Source of the DNA: Octopus vulgaris
Taxonomy: Eukaryota
Length of the DNA: 64,000 nt
NCBI GenBank assembly: GCA_951406725.2
Contig: OX597818.1
Coordinates: forward strand, 107,074,001-107,138,000
Reading direction: 5' to 3'
The notes beneath the pieces were generated by a model, which did not search any database, was not told the origin of the DNA, and saw only the letters and a list, made by a program, of their open reading frames with translations. Position numbers and translations under genes: made by a program. Every line of letters starts with the position of its first letter. Positions within the stretch are counted from its first letter, which is position 1. This document shows, piece after piece, positions 13,916-26,431 of this stretch.

Positions 13916-15101
13916 CTGCCGTTTTACATCACTGATATTGACATACAATTTGAAAAGGCTTGCTGAGTAATAGTGTTGCAAAGTAGTGGAAAGTAAGATA
14001 GCAGTGACCAAAGGTGTCCCCCCAGGGGTATTCTAGGGACAAATATAACTAAAGCAGAAGAGGTCTGTTATGCTATATTGAATGAATGAAACTCAACACA
14101 TTTCTCTATATTGACAGGGTTTATGTTTCATTGTTATGTAGCATCTGATTTCTGATATATTCATCATGTAATTTATGTTTTGTATAGAAAGTGTTAGAGA
14201 AAATTGATTTCCTAATATTTATAGTATATTTATAGTATGCTATAAATATATTGTATACCATACTATATAGTATAGTATATATAGTGTCTAGGGATTTCTT
14301 GTTAAACCGTCAGTCCTAAACATGTTTCCTTATTTGAAACGCCCTAATGTATTTATCATTCTCTACATCCAGAAAATCAATAGAACGGATCCTGCATTGG
14401 TGAACTAAAAGATTTAATTCCATGTTAGTCTTCCTGAAATCTTGGAGAATTTCTACACAGCTGATTTCTTTTCCTTACACAATATTAACTTTCTTCCAGT
14501 GCACAAACTACAACCAATTTATTTGATTTTCTTGTGTTTTGGACTCTCTTATCACCAACCAACAATTCAATATTGGCCACATTCGCCTCGAAGTACACCG
14601 AAAAGCATTCTGCTTTCTTTGTTTCAAATTTCTTCACTTCCTAACTAATGTCTGTATTCTAAACCTTGTCATCTACACCCATAACACTTCCTTTCCAAGT
14701 CACTGATTTTTACATTATTCTTAAGGGCCTAAGCATTAGCAGAGTAAACTTAGCTGTATTCCACTTGGTGTGAACTTAATAGAGGCTTTGAATACTGTCC
14801 AAAGAAACAGCTAAGCTTGAACATGCGTTTAGCCTTCTGTATACTGCCTGTGTATCCACTTTCTTGTTCTCACTGCATAAATGGCCTAAAGAATTCAAAA
14901 CAATGTCATCATACTTTCCCTTGTGAAACATAAACACAAGGTTGTTTTATTTCAGACAATTTTTTTTCTTTCTAAACGTGTAACTCTTAATGCTTTTGTT
15001 CTTGGTTCAAACCCAGATGCAGAGTCATTCCACCTCAAGTCTATCTTGTACACTATCATCCTATAGAGCAGTTACTAATCAATCACAAAAACTAAATAGG
15101 T

Positions 15102-15465
15102 TCAGGAGTGGTTGTGTGGTGGTAAGAAGCTTGCTTCCCAACCACATGGTTCTGGGTTCAGTTCCACTGCTTGGCACCTTGGGCAAGTGTCTTCTACTAT
15201 AGCCTCAGGCTGACCAAAGTATTGTAAGTGGATTTGGTAGATGGAAACTGAAAGAAGCCCGTCGTATATGTATGTGCATGTGTGTGTGTGTGTATTTGTG
15301 TGTTTGTATTTGCCCCCCCCCCCCCCACATCACATGACAACTGATGTTGGTGTGTTTAAGTCCCTGTAACTTAGTGGTTCAGCAAAAGAGACTAATAGAA
15401 TAAGTACCAGGCTTACAAAGAATAAGTCCTGAAACAAATAAAAGAAAAAGAAAGAATAAAAGAAA
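15102..15465 (+). mobile_element. SINE family A
   Basis: tRNA-like head ggagtggttgtgtggtggtaagaagcttgcttcccaaccacatggttctgggttcagttcc plus body. Confidence 0.85.
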
Positions 15466-15484
15466 ATAAACTATACATTGACAC

Positions 15485-15900
15485 AAGCGTGGTTGTATGG
15501 TTAGAAGTTTGCTTCTTTATCACATGGTTATGGGTTTCAGTCCCACTATGTGGCACTTTGGGCAAATGTTTCCTACTATAGTGTCAAGCCAACCAAAGTC
15601 TTGTGTTGGGATTTGGCCGACGGAAACTGAAAGAAGTCCATCGCGTGTGTGTGTGTGTGTGTGTGTGTGCGTGTGTGTGTATATGTGAATGCATGTGTGT
15701 GTCCTTGTTTATCCCCTACCACCACTTGACAACTGGTGATGGTGTGTTTACGTCCCTGTAACTTAGTGGTTCAGCAAAGGAGACTGATAGAACAAGTGCC
15801 AGACTTAAAAAAGGGACTGGACTCAATGCATTTGGCTAAAATGTTTTCAAGGCAGTGCTCCAGCATGATCGCAGTCAAACAACTGAAATAAGTGGAAGAT
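15485..15900 (+). mobile_element. SINE family A, tandem second copy
   Basis: Same head, body and tail immediately after the previous copy. Confidence 0.8.
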
Positions 15901-16849
15901 TGATTTGCAAAAGAGGAAACCTATACTGTTTAAGAGCAAAGTGGTGAGATTACACAATTTAACTAAAATAGTCCCAAATATATTACTGGTAGTTAGTTAT
16001 TGACTGAATGCTATAAATCAAAATTCAAGTGCAACAATAAACCATCATTTTCTTAAACACAATAATGTTTATAAGCAAGGCAGCAGAAGCAACTTCCTTT
16101 AGTTTTTTACTCTTCTTCCTAATTTAAATTTTCAATTCCCAAATGCACACAAGTACACCTATATATGTACACATGCAGAAAAACATGAATATATTCACAG
16201 GCACATATTTCTATACATATCGGCAGCAGAATTCAATCTTGTCCAGGTTTATAGAAATTATCAGCAAATAAGTAAAAACCTCAGCTTTTTACATGAAGAC
16301 CAGTTGCTTACAGTTTCACTTTGAGACATGACTAACAGCTTTGGCCAGCCTTGTTCTTCCTAAAGTAGATATAATCACATGAGTTCAGTATATCTAGGAT
16401 AAGTCACTGTAAAAAGATATGGACAATCTTCAGTTGGTCTGGGAATCTTGATTCACTCAGAAATGTTACGTTTAAACAATTCAGAAGAGGATTCAAGTTA
16501 ATTTTTATAACAAAATAAAAAGGAAAAACAAACAAATACAGAAAGTAAAAACAGATTTTATTTTTATGTTATTTTATGGAAAAAAATTGCTTCCTTTTTT
16601 TTAAAAAATAAAATACAGAACTCATTTGCTTTAAATTATCTTATAAAACTAATTAGTAATTTTTTGCCATTGACTCTAGCAGCATTTGTTAGCAGACAAT
16701 GTTCTTGATTTATCTGTGAAGAACTAAAAAGGGAAAAACTTAGCCTCTGCTTTTCTTCTTAAAATGTGGGTTTATGTGAAAGTTCTACCGTCTAAGAGCA
16801 AGACTGGCCAGCAACTTGGAAAATACATTTCCTTTAATATAGACACACA

Positions 16850-16893
16850 CATGATGATGATGATGTTGGCGCTGATGACCAAGACAATGGTGT

Positions 16894-16946
<53 letters not shown>

Positions 16947-16952
16947 ATGATG
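16850..16952. repeat. (GAT)n microsatellite
   Basis: Direct reading. Confidence 0.9.
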
Positions 16953-19669
16953 ACAGTAGTTCTTTATTCCAGCAACAATCAATGCAACACTGTCCTTGTT
17001 TTAATATTCTTTTCATTCAGTATTGTCATTTAGCATAGTGTTTATAACATGCTAAGGTGTCAAAGAGTGAAATCAGAACGGAGAGCCTTGTGATGTGACA
17101 TTAGGCCAGCTGCAAGAGTGGCACACCATTCACTTGCAGGAAGTGATAACAGCAGAAAGAACTTATTCAATAATTAACGCAAGAACGGTGCATGGAGCTC
17201 AAAATATATTGGGATGTATTTCATATAATATTCACTGCAATAATGCAATCCAGTTTGGACAGTTTCATTGATAATTGATGCAGATAAACTGTACGCTATG
17301 TCGTGTCAGCTTACACAATCTACCTCTCAGGTGAATTATAAATTACATCTGACTCTGAACGTGTTTGGTAGTGTGTCTGAGAGGGTGGTGGTGGTGGTGG
17401 TGGTGGGGGATGACAAAGTGTAATAGTGCGATGAGCTTCAATAGTTACTAGTAACCACTTACAGTGAGTTTTGTGCAAGTTTGTGTAAACATAAGAATGG
17501 GTTTATGGTTCAAATAGCCGTGTGGTTGAAAGCACATCTATCAATACTAAGCATGATTTATTTTTAAAGAGTAACTATTTTATTAATCTTATTATTTTAA
17601 CTCAGAATTGGTTGGAACTCGTGGAATTTTGCATGAGTTGTGGACTTGCTACCTGCAGTTTTCAGTACCATGGTGTTTGTTCACTTAATTCTTTCTTGAT
17701 AATTTTGGTCAGGTTAAAGAGGAAAACTTTTTGCAACAGCTCTGCCAAACACTCTGTTCCCAATTTCTTTAAGTCCCTCATTATATCTTTTAAATCTGTC
17801 CCAACTCAATATCTTTTGAATCTGTCATCACAACCACATGTGCATGACATGGCGACCTTATATCTAGACAAACAGTACATGGCCTTACTGGTGAGACCGA
17901 GTTGGAATTTTCTTCAAGTCATGTAGCCCATTCCCCTGGAAAGATCCCTGAATAAGGTTTGTTTTAAGAATGATGAACAAAGCACCCATGTTTCCAAAGG
18001 TGAATTATTCAAACTCCAAAGAATCCCTCTCAACACATGGCTATGCTGACCCCCCCCCCCCCCCCCACTAATTCGGCTCATGATCAGAGACGCACATATT
18101 GTCAGCCACTAAGGGACATGCTCAAATGGTTAAGATGAAACAACTGATAAGCAAATCTGTGGTATTGAGCAGAATATTTGCTGTAGCACGTCTGGTATAC
18201 CAAAACAAAACTTGAACATGATGACACTTCCAATCAGTTAAGATCAGAAGCCATGAGAGCCAATGTCTGGTACTGCATCAGGGCATTATTATTATTATTA
18301 TTATTGACTGTTTTTGGGTGAAGATGTCTTTTTGCTTCATTCTTCAAAACTTGATCTATTCAGTTATTGCGAAATTGAACCTTCAACAGTCTTCTTTAAG
18401 AAGAGTGATATGAGAATGAGAAAGAACAAATGATTGCAGGGTGTGGTGGTGGTGGTGGTGGTGGTGGGAGTGGTATTGGTGTGGCTCAGGTCGTGGGATA
18501 ATAGTTATGCCTATGATGCTGGTGATGATTATGATGATAACGACGATGATGACAATGGAGATAACGATGACGATGATGGTGTGCCAACCTGCAGTTGTTA
18601 TATTTCTTCTTTATATTTACTGAAATGTTAAGTTACTATTTTAACAGTTACCTTTCATACAACAACACAGTTTCAATGAAATTTCACAATGTTGAGAGGA
18701 GAGAGAAAACATCCAGCAGAGATTCTGATGCCCTTAATGATGGAATGCATTGTTGTCAGGTTTTATCTCGGTTGGAAATTCATATTTTGTTAAAGAAAGA
18801 TTTTTATGAGTTATATTGTAATCAAAGGTATAAATATAGTCTTTAAAATTGTTAGCTATCTAATCTGCATCAATATAAATTAGTTGGGAAATTTAAAATC
18901 ACCCCATATTTTCTATCCTCTGACATTATTCTATCTTCTCTTTTCAAATACCAACCAATTACATGTAAAACCTTCTACAAGACTTTGCCTTATTTCTTCT
19001 CCAGCCAATGTTCCTGTTTGTCCAGGAACCATTTGTCTCAACATAAAATCAAGGACAGTGAAGAGAGTAAGCAGAATAGTTCCAGCCTAATATTGGCTGT
19101 TCTTTAGAATGGGTTCTGTCCATAACATTAGAACTCACATTAGCATAAATATGGATGTTTATCTATGATTGTAGTTACTTGATTGTATCTTAAAGTTATT
19201 AATTATTAGATTGTAGTTGAAATGTCAGGTTATCCAGACTGCGATAGTAATATTAAACGGAGCAAGGCTGCGTGTTGAAAGAGGCAGCTAGGTTGCAAGT
19301 TGAAATAAGAGATAGCAAAGTTCTAGGATGAAAATAGAGATAACAAAGCAGTCTGTTAAACTGGAGTTAACAATCCATGGTAATTCTATTCGCTTACTTG
19401 CATTTGAATCCTGTTAAGACTTGTCTTAGCTTTCATTACTTATCTTGTGTCAGAGTGGAATTACCACTTACGAAGTTTCTCACCAACTTTGAAGTAAATG
19501 CATCCATGTGTGTCACATGGTTGCTGTTTGGATAATTCTTCTCTTCTGAAACATAAATCTCTGTTTGATAAAACAATTATAATCAATTCCGAATAATATT
19601 TTATTAATGAGGATGATCATGATGATGACTACAGCAACAATAATGATAATAATGATAATGATAATAATA

Positions 19670-19880
19670 ATCCATTTTATTTTGGCACAAGGCCTGCAAT
19701 TTTAAGGGCGAGGATTACATCGACTCTTTGCTCACATGGTGCTTTATTTTGTTGACCCTGAAAGAACAAAAGGCCAAGTTGACCCTAGTGAGACTTGAGC
19801 TCAGAATGTAAAGAGCTGGGATAATTACTGTGAGCATTTTTTTGGTGATGCATGAATGGTTTGGCCAGCTCTTCACTCTA
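19670..19880 (-). mobile_element. SINE family E (Nin-like), diverged
   Basis: Similar to 13700-13915. Confidence 0.6.
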
Positions 19881-19969
19881 TAACACCAACAACAGCAACA
19901 ACAATAATGATAATACTAATCTTTTCTTTATTAGTCACAAGGGCTTGAAGAGTATGAGCGTGCCTGTGG

Positions 19970-20018
<49 letters not shown>

Positions 20019-20169
20019 TGTGGTTGTGTATGTGAGTTGCATGTGTTCAACTAAACAATTCTCTGTTTAGAAACAGAGTAGAAAATGAGAGAATAAGGGA
20101 AATTAATAGAAAATATATGCAAGATGTTTTTTAAGATGCCAATAAACTCTGTTATTAATTACAGCAATA

Positions 20170-20560
20170 TGAGTGCAGTTATGGCTGTGTGGTAAGAGGT
20201 TTGCTTCAAGTTCTCATGGTTCCAGGCTCAATCCTAGTGCATGGTACCTTGGGAAAGTGCCTCATACTATAACCTTGGACTGAACGAAGCCATGTGGGTG
20301 GATTTAGTAGATGGAAACAGAAAGAAGCCCGTTGGGTATATGCAAATAGGTGTGTGTTTGTGTGTGTGTGTGTCTCCCAGCCACCACTTGACAGCCATTG
20401 TTTGTGTGTTTACATCGCTGTAACTTAACAGTTTGGCAAAAGAGAGTGATAAAATAAGTACCAGGAAAATTAAGTCCTGGAGTTGATTCCTGCAGCTGAA
20501 AGCTCTTCGAGGCACTGCCCCAGCATGGCTACAGTCAAATGCCTGGAACAGTAAAAGATA
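20170..20560 (+). mobile_element. SINE family A
   Basis: ggctgtgtggtaagagg... head through the ccagcatggctacagtcaaat tail. Confidence 0.8.
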
Positions 20561-20902
20561 AACCAATAAACCATAACAGATACACACACATACACACACA
20601 CACAACCTAATGCATAAACATGTAAAAACACTTACACATATTTATATATACAAGAAGATTGAAAAATACTAAGACTTTTAAAAGGATGCAAGTCAATAAT
20701 ACATTATCATAAATTATCATAAATTGCTCCACTTTAGAAAGCTAACAGCATTTATCTAGGGGAGAATTTTGTTTTACAAATCTTTGCTCCTGAAAATATC
20801 ATCTTACTTTGGTGTTGAACTCTGAGATATCAAGTGAATACTTTTTTGTTTGCTTCTATTTTGCTTTTTTTGCTTTTTTACTATGATATTTTGGGGTATG
20901 AT

Positions 20903-20990
20903 GCATCATCATCATTACCATCATCACCCCCCCTCCACTACCACCATCATCACCATCATCACCACCACCACCACCACAACCACCACCACC

Positions 20991-21021
<31 letters not shown>

Positions 21022-21300
21022 CCACCATCATCATCATCACCATAATCAACACCACCACAACCACAATCACCACCACCACCACCACCACTACCACCACCAT
21101 CATCTCACATCCGTTTTTCATGCTGGCATGGGTTGGACAGCTTAACAGGTGCTGGCAAGCCCAGGAGCTGCAACAGGTTTCAATTCTCTGTTTTAGCATG
21201 GTTTCCACAGCAGGGTGCCCTTCCTAATGCCAGCCAACCATTTTACAGTGTGTACTGGGTGCTTTTCATACCAGGTGCAGCAACTCCAGTGGTTTTTATG
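20903..21300 (-). mobile_element. RTE-tail element with expanded (CAT/CAC)n tail
   Basis: About 200 bp of CAT/CAC triplets, then acatccgtttttcatgctggcatgggttggacag. Confidence 0.7.
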
Positions 21301-23291
21301 TGGTAACATCACCATATGTAGTCATAAGATTTTATTTCTGAAAACTATTTCCATAGATTTCAAAATATGTTTGGAGATTACATCACTGAATCTTGAATTT
21401 TCTAAATATTTCAATAACTTTATTACTACTAAATATGTAGATATAACTGCATGTCTATTGGCCACATACTCCATCAACATTTCATAAACTGTTGTGGCTT
21501 AGTCACATAAGCATCTCTTTACTTACAGTCAGTCATTTCCATTCATTTTAGTTCTTGTAAGCTGTCTATCTTGTGTAACCACACATTTCAAAACTACTGC
21601 AATCTCCTAATAAGAATCTTTATAATTAGCATAAGAAATAATTGAAATGAGTAAAGGAAAAATACATTTGTTTTCTTTCATTGTTAAGAACTGAACTTAA
21701 AACCTATTTGACTGAAAAGGCAATTCTACAGAAGATAAATACTTTATCATGACACATTGTTGCCTGTTGTTTTGTCACAGGCCACTGATAGCTAACAGAT
21801 TGATTTCATAATAAAATCATATGTAAAATGGTAAAGACAAATATTGATGACATAATTAGGAAGACTGGAGGCTGGAATAAGAAAATAGCTTATGATATCC
21901 TTTGTGAGGATGTCATAAGTGTTAGATTGATATCAAACATGTAAGGTATTAGCAGGAAATAGGTTCATTTCTCATATGTAGGGATTCTTTAGAAAAAGAT
22001 GACATCATTTATTCAAAGCCTCTAACATTGCCATTCTTTCTAGCTAAGCTGTCATGCAGCGTTCACAGACATTACACTTGGTAATTAATCTCTCAGGCAT
22101 TGCAGATATTAACCCTGACAATTCATTTCCCTAAAATATAATACTTCTATCTATCATTCAAAAACCCCTTTTGAATATCTGCAAACCCAGCTGATAATCT
22201 ACTCAACTAGACATTTTCTCACAACATTCATCTTGAAATAACTCTAAAGATAACTGTTTTCTTATTAATAACATGCCGTTGCCTCTATTGTTTCATTTCT
22301 CACACCATTGCTGACACTTTTATTTATATCCTACTCTTCAGTCCATTAACATTATCAACTGCTTAAAAGAAATCACTTCCAAACCCATTGTTTCGTTTCA
22401 TTGCCATTTTCCACAAAATTTCTCTGACCAGACTAAATTTATGTTATTGCAATATAAAATAAGTGTAGTGATTCATATTTGTTTTTTTTTTTGTTTTTTT
22501 TTTTTTGAAAATTCCAAAATGTGTTGTCAGCAAATTCTTGTATGTTTAATAAATGGCACAGTTGTAGGTTCTGCTGATTATTCTAGCTCTGATCTTTAAA
22601 TCCTCACATAACAGCCTTTTTCTATTGACCTTCTGCTCTTTTCCAATAACGTTTGGATTAATATTCTACTTCTTGGCTAATTATACTTATATTGACATTC
22701 AGCCCTAAATTTTTTGTATTGCTAATTGTGATTCTGGTAGATAAATTTCAAAGTGACATTCTTGTATCTAAATAATGATTTTCTTAATTACACTTAAGTC
22801 TAAAGTTAATTAATTTCATTTGGTAAGTGTCACATGCCACTACCTTTTTTTTATGGACATTAGTAAAGGATTGTCAATGTGGCTGTTGATTACCTATTAT
22901 ACTGCATGTAATTAATAAACCATCATTGATTAAATTTTCATTGGCATTTAACTGACTTACTAATTAGTTACTAACATTGACAGTGACTAATTAATTATTC
23001 ATGTCCAATGCTTGTGAATTTTAATTACATAAGAGTCCTAGCTACATTCATGCTATTCCAGTAATTATCTGCTTACTATTATTTTCACATCAAAAATATT
23101 TGTTTAAATATTTTTTCACTAAAGACAAACAATCTAATTAAATAATGAACATTTAAGAATCTTGATCAATATTTTTAAATTTTAAAGTAATATCTTTTTT
23201 TTATTACACACATTTCCCAATTATTTTGTGAAGAGATAGAAGATGTCCCTACTTTGTTATCTTTTTTCTGTAATTCCACGATAATAAGAAA

Positions 23292-23681
23292 GGAACGAAA
23301 ACAATTGCAGTGTGGAAGGTGTTTATAAGCCATTTAAGAAACACACAAAAATCGTTAAATTCACTTCAAGATTTAAATTTAATTTGTCAACGTACTTTCG
23401 TCACTTTGAGACAGTGACCTGTTCATTGACAAAACTTTGTGCTGCATCGTCACTTCGAGACAGCAACATCTGTCAGATGCAGCACAAAGTTTTGTCAGTG
23501 AACAGGTCACTGTCTCAAAGTGATGAAAATATTTCGATAAATTAGACTTAAATGTTGAAGTGAATCTAACGGTTTTTGTGTGATTCTTAAATGGCTTATA
23601 AACACCTTCCACACTGCAATTATTTTCGTTCCAGCACACGATCTCAGATCAGGTCACTTGCTATGCAAGTACATCTCCGTA
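23292..23681. mobile_element. Fold-back element: ~157-bp inverted arms, 27-bp loop, one-sided 49-bp extension
   Basis: 23292-23448 is the reverse complement of 23476-23632; flanked by the direct repeat aagaaaggaa at 23286-23295 and 23682-23691. Confidence 0.85.
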
Positions 23682-24063
23682 AAGAAAGGAATGGTTTTCA
23701 CAATTTTTGATATTGTAAACTTCTGCATTATTATTATTATTATTATTATCAAATAGCTAGATTGCCTTTCTATCAATTACTGATCGTATGTAATGTAAGA
23801 GCGCAAAATTTTTGTTCAGAGATACAGTGAAGTAAGTTAAAGTAGTCTTGTCAAAAGGCAGAAAACAATGATTTTGCTAAGGTTCTAATTAATAATCATG
23901 TTGTCAATAATTAAATAATTAAATCTCTAATCTCAGAACTAAATACCAAACCAATAGAAAAGTTAAGAGTTTCTTCTCTGTTACTTAAGCACTTTTACCA
24001 GAACTCTGTAATTCTACGTTTATCAATTTGTGTTGCAAGATTCTTGATGTGAAGTCGTGTGTT

Positions 24064-24276
24064 GAAACAGATATTGTTTTTATTTCAGGATGGTCATTTT
24101 TTTTTGCCAAATAAACATATGCATTATATATTTGTTCTTTACTTGTTTATTATTGTTCTTATTCATGGACATGAGTTAGAATAAGAACAGTAATAAACGA
24201 ATGAAGAACGAATATACAGTGTGTGTGTTTATATGGCAAGAAAAAATGACCATCCTGAAATACAACAATATCTTTC
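24064..24276. repeat. Fold-back element, ~100-bp arms
   Basis: gatattgtt..tatttcaggatggtcatttt..gttcttattc / gaataagaac..aaaatgaccatcctgaaatacaacaatatc. Confidence 0.8.
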
Positions 24277-24879
24277 AAACTTCACAGATGGCAAACAAGC
24301 ACCTGCCTATCAAAGAGGCATTCTAACCTTAACCAAAGACAACCAAGCTTCCATTATTTCATAAAAGAAACCAAAGATTAACAAATATAGGGGAAGAAAG
24401 AATAAACTAACACCATATGTTAGTAACTATATTCTAGTGGGAATTTTTAAATCTGATTATGCAAAATAACGTTTTAATTAGACTGAAATATACTGGATTG
24501 TGCATGTAATTAATTAATTAGAAAATGTGAAAAATATTTACTGTGGCTACATGATAATCTCTTACTGAGACATGCTACAGACTCATGAAGGTGATATTTT
24601 GTTTTTGTCAAAGACATGAATAAATTAATTAAATTGAAAAAAAATGTTACAAAGAAATGGAATTGAGTCATAAATTCACATAACCAGGAAATTATGTTTC
24701 ATAGTAGACATTTGTAATTGTTGTTCTTCATAACCATTTTGCTCTTCTGTCATATGTATTAGCTAGCTAGAATAGAAGCCAGGCATTGAGAATAAATGGC
24801 ATGAAGAAAAGCTGTAAGCATAGAGTTTGTCAATGTTTTACAATGAGAAGATCAGAAATACAAGGTGATTTGGATTGCA

Positions 24880-25795
24880 AGGCATTGTGCTTCCATGAAT
24901 CATGATATTGTTGAGGAAAAGTGGTTTTGAAATGCCAATACCATAGTTACTCTAACAGAGGCTTTGAAGAACCTAGAAAATGTTGCAATGAAAGCTTGTT
25001 GAATGATGAGAGTGTATGAGAGAAAGAGGTACCACTCACCAGATCAATCAGCTGTTGATGCTGATAGCTGTATTGCCGCATGGTTAAGAATATGAAGGAA
25101 GAGAAGGCTGTTGGATCACCGGATGTTGTTGCTGAGATGCTGAAAGTATCTGATGAAATAAGACATATGTTGGTCACTCCCAGAGCCAATCAGATTGTAC
25201 AGGTTAGTACCATATGCAATGATTCACATTACACTTATGACCGTTCAATGTTATATGAGCAAAGGAGCTTCTTTAGAAAGAATAACTATACAGGATGATG
25301 GTCTGAGTTATGAAAGTGAAAGTAATTTCAATGGTAGAATAGATTAGAAGAAGAATTAACTTGGATGAGAGGAAATTCAAGTTGAAGTAAAACCAATGCC
25401 ATCTTTCTTGCAAGGCAACTACAGGAGAAGTTCTTAACTAAAAGCAAATTATTCTATCAAAAAATACCTTTCATGGCATATCATGCTAAAACACTCTAAG
25501 GAGTACTAAAGGCTGTGTAAACTATGTACAGAGATGCTGTCAGCAAGGTGTGAGTTAGCAATTAATTCAATGAAGAATATAATATCTACCCAAGAATCCT
25601 TCAGGAATCAGTTCTCAACCCACTTTCTGTTTTTTATTGTTCTCTCAGCTATAACAGAAAAATTGATACCTGGTCGACATGGGAAATTCTGTATGCAGAT
25701 GACATTGTTTTCATTACTGAAGGCTATTGAAGAATTAGAAAATACAAATATGGAAGTAAAGTTAGTTAGAAAGAAGACAAGACATTATGACTGCC
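24880..25795 (+). mobile_element. Highly decayed RTE-like RT fragment
   Basis: MKEEKAVGSPDVVAEMLK (KA.GP..I.AEMLK motif), IFLARQLQEKF, LYADD (ctgtatgcagatgac at about 25689). Confidence 0.7.
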
Positions 25796-25812
25796 ATCTG
25801 AGAGACCAACAA

Positions 25813-26431
25813 GTGTTACAAGGAGTTTTGTTGGTCTCTCACTCAACTGCACTCCACACATGATAATCAAGGGGGTTGTAATCTGGGGAGTTAGGTGGCC
25901 AGATGTTAGGGGTGATGTGCTCGCAGAAATTGTCTGACAGTCATGACAGGGATCTCCTGCTTGTGTGACATGGAGCAGAGTCCTGTTGCCAGACAAAGGG
26001 TCTTCCAGCAGCCACCTCTTGACCTAGGGCAACGCTTCCTCCTCCAGGCATCTGATGTAGACCTCCGTATCAAGTTTGAGGCCATGTGGGAAGATAAATG
26101 GAGGCATAAGTTTGCCATCACTAATGATCACTTCAAACACCATGATGTTGACTGGATGTTTGATTTTTATCACTCTCGGTGCATTCACTGTCCTCAGATT
26201 GACACCTAAACACTCTGAAATGTTCATATTGGAACTTCCAATACAAATGCCAAGCAGCACAGCATGTTGTTTCCAGATTCTGACAGTGAATTGCATCATG
26301 CTGCAGTTTTTCTCACAGACGGTGCCCAACTGACCCTACTATACTGTGTAGTTGACAAAATAAAAAAACAAACATTGTGTAATCATGAAAAAAATATATA
26401 TAAAATGGCAACAATTTACCTATCACACCCT
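25813..26431 (-). mobile_element. Tc1/mariner maT-type (DD37D) transposon relic, internally deleted
   Basis: MVFEVIISDGKLMPPFIFPHGL..; WQQDSAPCH..(37 residues)..WPPNSPDYNPLDY; TIR-like agggtgtgataggtaaattgttgcca at the right end. Confidence 0.85.

Noticed and set aside
17925-18305. Likely interspersed repeat ending at (ATT)n with an internal C20 run
   Set aside because: Single copy in the window and no diagnostic motif, so it cannot be classified
23292-23632. Editing signature in this hairpin (also checked in the 45662 and 30657 hairpins)
   Set aside because: Mismatches are mixed or too few; no strand-polarised A->G excess
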